From Candidatus Woesearchaeota archaeon (lineage in GTDB: Archaea; Nanobdellota; Nanobdellia; Pacearchaeales; GW2011-AR1): a stretch of 64,000 nucleotides of DNA. A program made the translations under genes and the position numbers. The stretch is from contig CAZXHH010000001.1 in the NCBI GenBank assembly GCA_964639615.1, forward strand, positions 207,247 to 271,246, written 5' to 3'. The notes under the pieces were generated by a model. That model saw only the letters and a list, made by a program, of their open reading frames with translations. It was not told where the DNA came from and made no database searches. Of the stretch, positions 9,062-16,841 are shown piece after piece. Each line of letters opens with the position of its first letter. Positions within the stretch are counted from its first letter, which is position 1.

Positions 9062-9697
9062 AAAATTATTTTTATACTCTTCATTGAAAAAAGGGGCAAA
9101 ATCTTTTATAAACTTATGGTTATCTTCAGTTATTATTCTAAATCTTAGTTCTTTAACCTTAGCGCCATCTTTTCTAATCTTTCTATCATAAATTCCAATA
9201 GGTGTAGTTCTGATTTTTTTAGATTGAATAATTTTAATAATCTCATTGACAAATTTTATTCCATCCTTCAACAAATAATCTGCCTTACTTATATGAAATA
9301 TGATTCTTGGGTTGTTCCTATCATTTTCTTTCATAGAACCTTCACAAAAATAAGCGATTTTCACAAATTCTCTCGCAAAAATTTTATTATTTTTTATCCA
9401 ATCTGGGAATTTGTAAGAAGTTATAGTTTTGCACCCTTTTGGAACGCCTAATTCTTCCAATTCTTTACATAGTTTGAAATTGAACACTCGATATTTATGG
9501 GTCTTAAATCGACCTGCTCCACCATCTCCAACATAAAATTTTCCCTTTACCTTGAATTTTCTTTGAACAATTTTATCGAGTTGTTTCAAAATATCTAGAT
9601 TATTTGAAGAAAAGTAAAAACATTTTAAAGTATTATAGAGATGTCCATCAAAAAATAAATAAGAAATTATTCTGACTAAGTCTAAATCTTTTTTCAT
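9047..9697 (-). CDS. Free-standing LAGLIDADG homing-endonuclease-like protein
   Basis: Two LAGLIDADG-like helices (RIISYLFFDGHL; EFVKIAYFCEGSM); own TATA-like box upstream; last 5 codons overlap the tRNA-Pro 5' end. Confidence 0.75.
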   Translation of the reverse strand: MKKDLDLVRIISYLFFDGHLYNTLKCFYFSSNNLDILKQLDKIVQRKFKVKGKFYVGDGGAGRFKTHKYRVFNFKLCKELEELGVPKGCKTITSYKFPDWIKNNKIFAREFVKIAYFCEGSMKENDRNNPRIIFHISKADYLLKDGIKFVNEIIKIIQSKKIRTTPIGIYDRKIRKDGAKVKELRFRIITEDNHKFIKDFAPFFNEEYKNNFGIMG

Positions 9698-9763
9698 AAG
9701 TTACTTAGAACACCCAAGATTATAAACAAGTGTATTAATTGAAAAATTAAAAGAATTTTAGAA

Positions 9764-10465
9764 TTACTTTTTCTTTGCAGGTTCTTTAGCTTTTGCTGCT
9801 GCAGGAGCTGCTTTAGTTGCTGCTGCTGGAGTTGCTGCTGTTGTGGTTGCTGCTGCTGGAGTTGCTGCTGCTGCCTGTTCAGCTGCTTCCTTAGCTGCCT
9901 GTTCTTGTTTAACTATTAATTCTTGTTTCTTCTGAACATCCTTGAAGTGTTCAAGAAGTTGCTTTTTCTTCTCAGGTGAAGTATCTGTTTTTACCTGAGC
10001 TATTTCTTTATCATATTTTCCTGCTTCAATATCTTTTTCAATCTCTTTTGCAGGCTTGTTTTCAATTAATATACCTAAACTTACACATGTTCCTGCAACA
10101 ACTTTAACTGCAGTTTTCAAATCCTTACATAATAAATTCTGCATTTTTGTCTTTGCAACTAAAATTATTTGTTCTATAGAAGCATTTGCAACTTTTGTTT
10201 TAAGCTGTTCTCCAGAACCTTTAGCTAATCCTAATTCTTTTTTTAATAATCCTGAAACTGGAGGTGAAAAAATCTTAACTTCGAATTTTTTTGTTTTCAA
10301 ATCAATATCTAATTCTACTGGGACTTTTAATCCGTCAAAATCACTAGTTGCTTCGTTTACTCTTTGTATAACTTGATTGATAGGTATTCCTGCTGGACCT
10401 AATTTTTGGCTTAAAGCTGGTCCTGGTTTCATCTGCCCCCCATCTGCTAAAAGTTTGATTATCAT
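9764..10465 (-). CDS. rpl11: 50S ribosomal protein L11 (uL11) with Ala/Thr-rich C-terminal tail
   Basis: GGQMKPGPALSQKLGPAGI, PPVSGLLKKE, VAGTCVSLGI motifs. Confidence 0.95.
   Translation of the reverse strand: MIIKLLADGGQMKPGPALSQKLGPAGIPINQVIQRVNEATSDFDGLKVPVELDIDLKTKKFEVKIFSPPVSGLLKKELGLAKGSGEQLKTKVANASIEQIILVAKTKMQNLLCKDLKTAVKVVAGTCVSLGILIENKPAKEIEKDIEAGKYDKEIAQVKTDTSPEKKKQLLEHFKDVQKKQELIVKQEQAAKEAAEQAAAATPAAATTTAATPAAATKAAPAAAKAKEPAKKK
9816..9870. repeat. 25-nt direct repeat (period 30) within the rpl11 tail
   Basis: GTTGCTGCTGCTGGAGTTGCTGCTG at 9816-9840 and 9846-9870. Confidence 0.85.
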
Positions 10466-10935
10466 CTTTGTTCTTCTCCGTCGGATTCTCTCCTTATTAC
10501 TTTAATATTATCTATCTTAACTGTAACTGGTAATGGAACAACTGCTCCAAACAAGCTTACAACTACTTCTTCTTTTTGTTTGTCTATTCTTAAAACTTTT
10601 GCTTTTTCACCTTTAAGTGTTGAACCAATCATTTCAACAATATCTCCTTCTTTAATTGAAACGCTTTCAACAGTTGGTTGAACCATTCCTTGAATTTCAG
10701 AATATTCAATTGTCTTTCCGATTATTCCCTTAACATAAGGTAAGTTAAAAACAGCTTCTTCTGCAGATTCTCTGTCTTCAGTTTCTAAAAGAATATAGCC
10801 TCTTAATCCGTGAGGTCTCAAAACAGAATATACATTAAGATTCTTTTTAGAAGCTCTTTCTGCAATCATATCGACTGCACGTTCTTCTTTATTTGTTGTT
10901 ACTTTTATAATGAAAATCATCTTATTTAGCTCCAT
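10462..10935 (-). CDS. spt5: Transcription elongation factor Spt5/NusG
   Basis: NGN domain (GLRGYILLE) plus KOW domain (GDIVEMIGSTLKGEKAKV). Confidence 0.95.
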   Translation of the reverse strand: MELNKMIFIIKVTTNKEERAVDMIAERASKKNLNVYSVLRPHGLRGYILLETEDRESAEEAVFNLPYVKGIIGKTIEYSEIQGMVQPTVESVSIKEGDIVEMIGSTLKGEKAKVLRIDKQKEEVVVSLFGAVVPLPVTVKIDNIKVIRRESDGEEQR

Positions 10936-10999
10936 CTAACTCCTTAAAATCTAAGAAGCAGATATTAAATTTAAAAAATGAGCGTTTATAAAAGTTTTG

Positions 11000-11314
11000 T
11001 TAATCAATTATTTTAAACTTCTTACATAAATCATGCAAATATTCTTTTTCTCCATCAGAAATATCCTCTTTTACATCATCTACTTTAATTAGATAATCAT
11101 TATACAATTCACGAAATGCATACTTCTTAAAACTTATAACAGAAAAATTTCTATCGATAGCGTTCTTTTTTTCATTAAAACTGGGGTTATTAAGAACAGC
11201 AACATTATTTTTCCAAAATCTATTTTCTGAAATTTTTTCTCCGAGATATATTGCTTTATATCCCTTCCCAGAAATGTTAAATTCATAAACTTGTCCGTAA
11301 TTTAATTTGGGCAT
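11000..11314 (-). CDS. Hypothetical protein
   Basis: 104-aa ORF filling the gap on the operon strand; no recognisable motif. Confidence 0.6.
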   Translation of the reverse strand: MPKLNYGQVYEFNISGKGYKAIYLGEKISENRFWKNNVAVLNNPSFNEKKNAIDRNFSVISFKKYAFRELYNDYLIKVDDVKEDISDGEKEYLHDLCKKFKIID

Positions 11315-11380
11315 AAAAAATAAATGCCAAATTAGTTAATAAAAATTTATATAATAAAAAAATAAAAAAATAAAAAAAAT

Positions 11381-12001
11381 TTATTCGAGATTCTTCTTTG
11401 CTAAAAATCCCCACCAAGCATTCTTTGTCTTTATTACTTCACCATTTTCTGCATCAATCTGTGCTTGAACTCTCATTTGAGATTTTATAAATCCAAGAAC
11501 CTTAACTTCTTTCTTAGCTTGAACTTCGTAAGCTGCTTTGGTTTCATTACCTTTTCCTACTTCTTTAAGTTCCATCTCGCAACCTCTCTCTTCACACTTT
11601 GCACCTAAAACTTCTAAAGCTCTTTGAGAAGCGCTATCTGGCATTACTTTAATTTCTGCATTCTTCCCATTTGAAAGCTGGGCATAAGTTTTATTTTGTT
11701 CTTGCTTCATAGTCATTGAAGTTTTCGCTTCAGATTTTCCATCTCCAGATTGGATTGTTGCACCAAATTCTGAATCTGTCTTAACCTTTAACTGAGAAGA
11801 TTCTCCTTTATTCATTGTTTGCGTAGCAACTTCATGCTGCCCCGAAACACTCCCGTTTCCGATATCTGAATCCTGAGAGTTTTCTGCTCCAGTATTTGGA
11901 GAAATTAAATTACCTGGTGTTTCTTGCTGTCCTCCAGCTGCAAAAACTAGTGAAATTGCAAATAACAAGACAAAAGTATACAAAAATAATTTATTCATCA
12001 T
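11381..12001 (-). CDS. Secreted hypothetical protein, C-terminal PepSY-like region
   Basis: Signal peptide; Q/G/S-rich linker; C-terminal AAYEVQAKK..IDAENGEVI. Confidence 0.7.
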   Translation of the reverse strand: MMNKLFLYTFVLLFAISLVFAAGGQQETPGNLISPNTGAENSQDSDIGNGSVSGQHEVATQTMNKGESSQLKVKTDSEFGATIQSGDGKSEAKTSMTMKQEQNKTYAQLSNGKNAEIKVMPDSASQRALEVLGAKCEERGCEMELKEVGKGNETKAAYEVQAKKEVKVLGFIKSQMRVQAQIDAENGEVIKTKNAWWGFLAKKNLE

Positions 12002-12073
12002 ATTATACCCCCTTTCAAAGTGAGATTATTTATATCGGTACTTAGATTATATACCATATAAAATTATTGGAAT

Positions 12074-14137
12074 TTATTTTGTATATTTAACAATTAGTTT
12101 TGGTCTCAATACAGAATTTTTATGGTCACTTGTATAAATTGTTCCGAAAACTGATTCTTTCGATGTAGAAATATCAATTCCATAATTTTGTTCACTTCCA
12201 TTGAACCATTTTTGCACAAGAGAAGTTACATCTAAATAATACCAATTTAATCCATTATGTATATCTAAATCTGCAAATTTTTCTGAAGAAGGTTTGGTAT
12301 TCCATTTAACATTTGTTTCATCCCAGTCTCCATTTAATTTTGAAAAAGAAAATGTAGGTATGCCATCAACGCGATTTATTGTTGCATATCCGTAAAATCC
12401 AAATTTAGCTGATGAAATTTTTGAACCTGCAGGAATGGCAGTTAATTGGAAACGAATAAGAGAATTTTCATAAGATGTGTAACAACCATTATTATTTGAA
12501 TTGCTTACTTCCATTATTGTATCATTTCCATTCCCGTAATATGAATTTGGAGAATTACAAGATATTGTTGTTCCAACTTCTGCATCTTTCCCATTTATAG
12601 CATCTGGCTGAATTACAATCTCTTCTAAATTTTGCACAGATTTAACGTCAATAAAAGTAAATGCTGTATCACTTGCACCTTTTGTATCTTTAACTTCTAC
12701 AGAAACTTGATATACTCCTGGAGAAGAAAAAATATGTTTTGCTAATTTGCTTAAATTAAATTCAGTATCCCAAACTCCATTTGTCTCAAAATCAAATCTA
12801 GCAGTTAATTGAGATTGCAAGTCTTCCTTATCTGTACTACTTAACGCAGACAATGTAAATTCTGTTGAAGTATCCCCATAATAAGTAGGAGTAACATTTA
12901 TTCTAGCAACTGGAGGAGTATTTGAAACTACTAATGGACCTTGCGCATCAGATATCTTTTCCTCAAGAGAATAAAAAGTTTTTTCAAAATTTGGAATATA
13001 TTTACTTAAAAATTTCATATCCATTCCTAAACTTGCTTCTAATCCTCCATAAATCTCCCACCAAGGATTCTCTTCAACATCTACTTCCCCTTTAAAGTAT
13101 CCTTCTGTTTTAATATATGGACCGACTAACTTATTTACTAAAAAAGTTAATTTTGGATAAACATAAATTTTAGCAGTCATGTCTGAAAAAAATTCTGGTG
13201 TAACAAAATCAAAAGAATTTGTAAAATTATTATTTGAAGTCCAGTTGGAAGTCTTATTATAATTAACACTTGCAGAAATTACAAATTCATCCTCTGCACC
13301 AACCTTAAAATTGCTCTCGGTTCCAGCTTTCATCCCAGCATAAATTTCTAGTTTTGGAGAAATTACAATTGGAACAGGAGAAGCAGGAATTAAAAATGGC
13401 GTTAATTTTTTCTTGAGAATTCTCTTTTCTTTTTCTAAGAATGCTTCGCCTGCCTTCGATTGAATATTAAGATAAGCCTTTCCAGGTATTTCTGAACCAA
13501 AATATGCAGAAACAACCTCCTCATTAAAAGACATTTTAATTTTTGGGTGAATACTAAAAGAAATTCCTCCATTCAACACTATCCTATCTACATTTGTAGT
13601 TGAATCTCCATCTTTATCATATAATACAAGATCATCAAAATCTAAATTAAAATCATACTTTCCTTTTCCTTCAGAGAATGTTAATCCTTTTGTAGTTTCC
13701 TCTGAAGTTAGATTTGAAAAATCTAAATTTTGATCAAAAATTATCTCTCCTGTTCTAACTGCTTGTTCAAGAGAAGCATCGGAAACTAAAATTTGCTTTT
13801 GATCTGTAGAGATTCCTGTTACTTCTTTTAATATTCCTTCTGGAGTCTGTTTGCTTATTCCTCCAATTAAAATGTCTCCTTTTTTTATTCCATACTTTGA
13901 AGTTTGCTCTGAAAAAGAAATTGAATTATCCCCTACTAAAGAAATTTTATCCAAAATTTCCTGGCTCAAAATAAAAGTGTTTTCGTAAATTTGACTATTC
14001 TTAGTACGATTGTATTCATTTATAGGAGTTTCATCTTTTTGGCACCCTAAAAGCAGAGGAAATGCTAAACTTGATAATAGAAGTTTTTTCCCAAGATGTT
14101 TGGTGTTCTCTGCTATCACCTCGAGATATTTATTCAT
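12074..14137 (-). CDS. Lipoprotein-like surface protein with PKD and DNRLRE (CBM96-like) domains
   Basis: Lipobox-like LLLG/C; PKD (NTPPVARI..FDFETNGVWD..HIFSSPGVYQVSVEVKD); C-terminal LIRFQL..W.ETNVKWN..DVTSLVQKW..RPKLIVKY. Confidence 0.7.
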   Translation of the reverse strand: MNKYLEVIAENTKHLGKKLLLSSLAFPLLLGCQKDETPINEYNRTKNSQIYENTFILSQEILDKISLVGDNSISFSEQTSKYGIKKGDILIGGISKQTPEGILKEVTGISTDQKQILVSDASLEQAVRTGEIIFDQNLDFSNLTSEETTKGLTFSEGKGKYDFNLDFDDLVLYDKDGDSTTNVDRIVLNGGISFSIHPKIKMSFNEEVVSAYFGSEIPGKAYLNIQSKAGEAFLEKEKRILKKKLTPFLIPASPVPIVISPKLEIYAGMKAGTESNFKVGAEDEFVISASVNYNKTSNWTSNNNFTNSFDFVTPEFFSDMTAKIYVYPKLTFLVNKLVGPYIKTEGYFKGEVDVEENPWWEIYGGLEASLGMDMKFLSKYIPNFEKTFYSLEEKISDAQGPLVVSNTPPVARINVTPTYYGDTSTEFTLSALSSTDKEDLQSQLTARFDFETNGVWDTEFNLSKLAKHIFSSPGVYQVSVEVKDTKGASDTAFTFIDVKSVQNLEEIVIQPDAINGKDAEVGTTISCNSPNSYYGNGNDTIMEVSNSNNNGCYTSYENSLIRFQLTAIPAGSKISSAKFGFYGYATINRVDGIPTFSFSKLNGDWDETNVKWNTKPSSEKFADLDIHNGLNWYYLDVTSLVQKWFNGSEQNYGIDISTSKESVFGTIYTSDHKNSVLRPKLIVKYTK

Positions 14138-14151
14138 TGGGTCTTTAAATT

Positions 14152-14322
14152 TTAATTAAACAGATTCATAATTAATGCAATAAGAAAACCTAAAAGTCCG
14201 AGTATCCCTATTCCTATTGCAGAAACTTTTGCTGTTAGTTCAAACTCTTTTTTAGAAGGCTTTTTTAAAACCTGCCAAACTCTTTTGCATTTTAATAAAA
14301 ATGATTTTGTATCTTCTAACAT
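14152..14322 (-). CDS. secE: Protein translocase SecE / Sec61-gamma; not in the ORF track
   Basis: Hand translation MLEDTKSFLLKCKRVWQVLKKPSKKEFELTAKVSAIGIGILGLLGFLIALIMNLFN; canonical position after ftsZ. Confidence 0.92.
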   Translation of the reverse strand: MLEDTKSFLLKCKRVWQVLKKPSKKEFELTAKVSAIGIGILGLLGFLIALIMNLFN

Positions 14323-14370
14323 ATTTTTAATAAAGATAGAGAGTTTTTAAGTTTTATTAAAAGGGATTTT

Positions 14371-15480
14371 TTAATTTTCAAAGAACTCTATTCCTAATTC
14401 TTCTTCAATTTCTTTATGCTTCAAATTCTCTAAAGATTCTGTTTGTCCCAAAATCTGTGAAGATTTAACTCCTGTAACTATCAGTAAAACTCTAATTGAT
14501 TTGTCCATGTCTTCTGCAATTTGAGCTCCGCCAATTAATTTAGCATCTGGGCTTAATTTTTCCCCCACTGTTGCAATTATTGTTTTATATTCATCAAGGC
14601 TCATATTTGAACCCCCAATAACATTAACTAAAGCACCTGTAGCATTTGAAATATCCACATCTAAAAGCGGGTTTCCAATTGCTTTTTCAACAGCTTCCAT
14701 TGCTCTATTTTGGCTATCTGATTCCCCCATTCCAATTAGAGAAACTCCTCCATCAACCATGACTGCTCTAACATCTGCAAAATCTAAATTAACTAATCCT
14801 GTCTTAGTTACAAGTTCTGTTACACCTTTAACTGCATTAGTTAATACTTCATCTGCAATTTTGAAAGCTGTTTGAAGAGGCAGATCTGGAGCCAATTCTA
14901 AGAGTTTGTCATTTGGAATTATAATTAAAGTATCTACAATTGACTCGAGTTTTTCTAATCCACCCACAGCATTTTCAATTCTTTTCTTTCCCTCAATTGT
15001 AAATGGCAAAGTTACAATTGCTATTGTTAATGCTTTGTTTTTCTTTGCTATTGCTGCAACCACTGGTGCAGCACCTGTTCCTGTTCCTCCCCCTAAGCCA
15101 CATGTAATAAAAATCATATCACTAGTCCCTATTTTCTTTTTAATCTCTGATTCTGATTCCTTTGCTGCTTCTTGCCCAACTTGGGGATTACTTCCTGCAC
15201 CTAATCCTTGAGTTAATTCTTTTCCAATCAGAATTTTTTGATCTGCGTTTGCATAAAGTAAATCCTGAGCATCAGTATTAATTGCTATTAACTCTCCTCC
15301 CTTAATTCCAATTTCTCTCATTCTACTCAGAGAATTATTCCCTCCTCCTCCAATACCAATTATTTTAATTTTAGCAGATTGTTTTTTAATCATCTCTTCT
15401 AATTCTTTATCAATTTCGTGAACATCTTTAGAAATATCTTCGAAAGAATTATCATCCTCTTGGTCTGGTGCTATTGCCAT
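14371..15480 (-). CDS. ftsZ: Cell division protein FtsZ
   Basis: IGIGGGGNN, GLGGGTGTGAAP tubulin signature, NLDFADV. Confidence 0.98.
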   Translation of the reverse strand: MAIAPDQEDDNSFEDISKDVHEIDKELEEMIKKQSAKIKIIGIGGGGNNSLSRMREIGIKGGELIAINTDAQDLLYANADQKILIGKELTQGLGAGSNPQVGQEAAKESESEIKKKIGTSDMIFITCGLGGGTGTGAAPVVAAIAKKNKALTIAIVTLPFTIEGKKRIENAVGGLEKLESIVDTLIIIPNDKLLELAPDLPLQTAFKIADEVLTNAVKGVTELVTKTGLVNLDFADVRAVMVDGGVSLIGMGESDSQNRAMEAVEKAIGNPLLDVDISNATGALVNVIGGSNMSLDEYKTIIATVGEKLSPDAKLIGGAQIAEDMDKSIRVLLIVTGVKSSQILGQTESLENLKHKEIEEELGIEFFEN

Positions 15481-15511
15481 GTTTTTAGAAAGTTATTTCG
15501 GTTTTTAAGGA

Positions 15512-16171
15512 TTATTGTTTGGTTTTAGAAGAGTCCTCAATTTCCTTCACTTCCAAATCTAATCCTAGCATTTCTTTATATTTATCCTTAAATAATTCGA
15601 TGAAATTCTTGTATTGCTTAATTACTTCCAAAATTAATTTTTTATCTTGAATTGTATACTTAAAATCTGTTCTGAATAAAAATTCATTAAGAGCTTTAAC
15701 CTTTTCATTAATATCTTCAACTTTTCTTAAAACTTTTACCTTATAAATTACTTCTTTACCTGCAAGAGGATTATTAAAATCTACCATAACTCTCCCACCA
15801 GAAACTGTAAGTACTTTTCCCAATTTATTATCAAAATTAAGAACAGTTCCTGGAACAGGATTTATTTTATGATCAACAAAAACTTTCATAGGCATTGTCT
15901 GAACTAAATTTGATTGTCTTAGCCCAAAAGCATTTTCTGGTTTTAATTCAATTTCATACTGCCCAGAATTCTTACCAATTAAAAAATCCTCAATTCCTTT
16001 AAGGAACATTTCTTGGCCTAAACAAAATATGAAAGGCTTTGTTTCAATTGGATGATCATGTCCTTCATGAAGCTTCTGCATATCTTCTTTTATATTCGAA
16101 TCAAATATTCCTCCTTCTTTCAATCTACCAGTAAATTCGATTTCAATAAAATCATTTTTTTGTAAAGCCAT
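15512..16171 (-). CDS. FKBP-type peptidyl-prolyl isomerase (SlyD-like)
   Basis: IEFTGRL..GGIFDSN, PENAFG, VDFNNPLAGK motifs. Confidence 0.9.
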   Translation of the reverse strand: MALQKNDFIEIEFTGRLKEGGIFDSNIKEDMQKLHEGHDHPIETKPFIFCLGQEMFLKGIEDFLIGKNSGQYEIELKPENAFGLRQSNLVQTMPMKVFVDHKINPVPGTVLNFDNKLGKVLTVSGGRVMVDFNNPLAGKEVIYKVKVLRKVEDINEKVKALNEFLFRTDFKYTIQDKKLILEVIKQYKNFIELFKDKYKEMLGLDLEVKEIEDSSKTKQ

Positions 16172-16192
16172 GAAAACTCTTAAGTAAAAACG

Positions 16193-16200
16193 TTTATAAA
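16193..16200. promoter_or_regulatory. Palindromic TATA box shared by the divergent FKBP and aIF5A genes
   Basis: TTTATAAA lies 21 nt from the FKBP start and 22 nt from the aIF5A start, with A-rich BRE-like flanks on both strands. Confidence 0.65.
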
Positions 16201-16222
16201 TGTATTTTTTTTGTTTAAATGT

Positions 16223-16615
16223 ATGGTGTTAAAAATTATTGATGCAGTTGAAGTAAAAGTTGGGACAAATATTCTTGTTGATGGTATGCCTTGTACTGTT
16301 AAGAGCATTGATGTTTCAAAGACAGGAAAGCACGGGCACGCTAAATGTAGAATTGAAGCTGTAGGAATAATAACTGGTACAAAAAAGGTTTTTGTAGTTC
16401 CAGGTCATGATAGACTTGAAGTACCTATTGTTGATAAAAGAAAGGGCCAAGTATTATCAAAAGCAGATGGAAAAGCAAGTATTATGGATTTAGAAAATTT
16501 TGAGACAATTGAAGTTCCATGTCCAGACACACAAGTTTTCGAAGAGCTTGAAGAAAACGGAAATTGCGAATATTGGGATATTGAAGGTGAAAAACTTGTA
16601 AAGAGGAAATTATAA
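16223..16615 (+). CDS. eif5a: Translation factor aIF5A
   Basis: SKTGKHGHAK hypusination loop; start moved to Met5 of the track ORF by TATA spacing. Confidence 0.95.
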   Translation: MVLKIIDAVEVKVGTNILVDGMPCTVKSIDVSKTGKHGHAKCRIEAVGIITGTKKVFVVPGHDRLEVPIVDKRKGQVLSKADGKASIMDLENFETIEVPCPDTQVFEELEENGNCEYWDIEGEKLVKRKL

Positions 16616-16779
16616 TGGCAAAAATACCTGAAGCACAAAACAGATTATTCAAGAACGTTTTTGTTTGCAAAAATTGCAAATCAAAGATAAAATCGGATAT
16701 TCAAAAAGTTTTGAAAGGCGATGTTAAATGCAGAAAATGTGGAAAAAGAGCATTTAGACCAATTAAGAAAACAAAATAA
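16615..16779 (+). CDS. rpl40e: 50S ribosomal protein L40e (eL40); not in the ORF track
   Basis: Hand translation MAKIPEAQNRLFKNVFVCKNCKSKIKSDIQKVLKGDVKCRKCGKRAFRPIKKTK; TAATG overlap with eif5a. Confidence 0.9.
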   Translation: MAKIPEAQNRLFKNVFVCKNCKSKIKSDIQKVLKGDVKCRKCGKRAFRPIKKTK

Positions 16780-16841
16780 TTGAACTGATTATTTACCATT
16801 ACACTTTTAAACTAATTTTAAGTTAATCCTTTGAGGTAAAA

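Noticed and set aside
9047-9697. LAGLIDADG ORF as an intein or tRNA intron
   Set aside because: No host protein or splicing residues, and it lies outside the uninterrupted 74-nt tRNA body.
9764-9900. uL11 fused to stalk protein P1/L12
   Set aside because: Tail lacks the helical dimerisation domain and the acidic conserved C-terminus.
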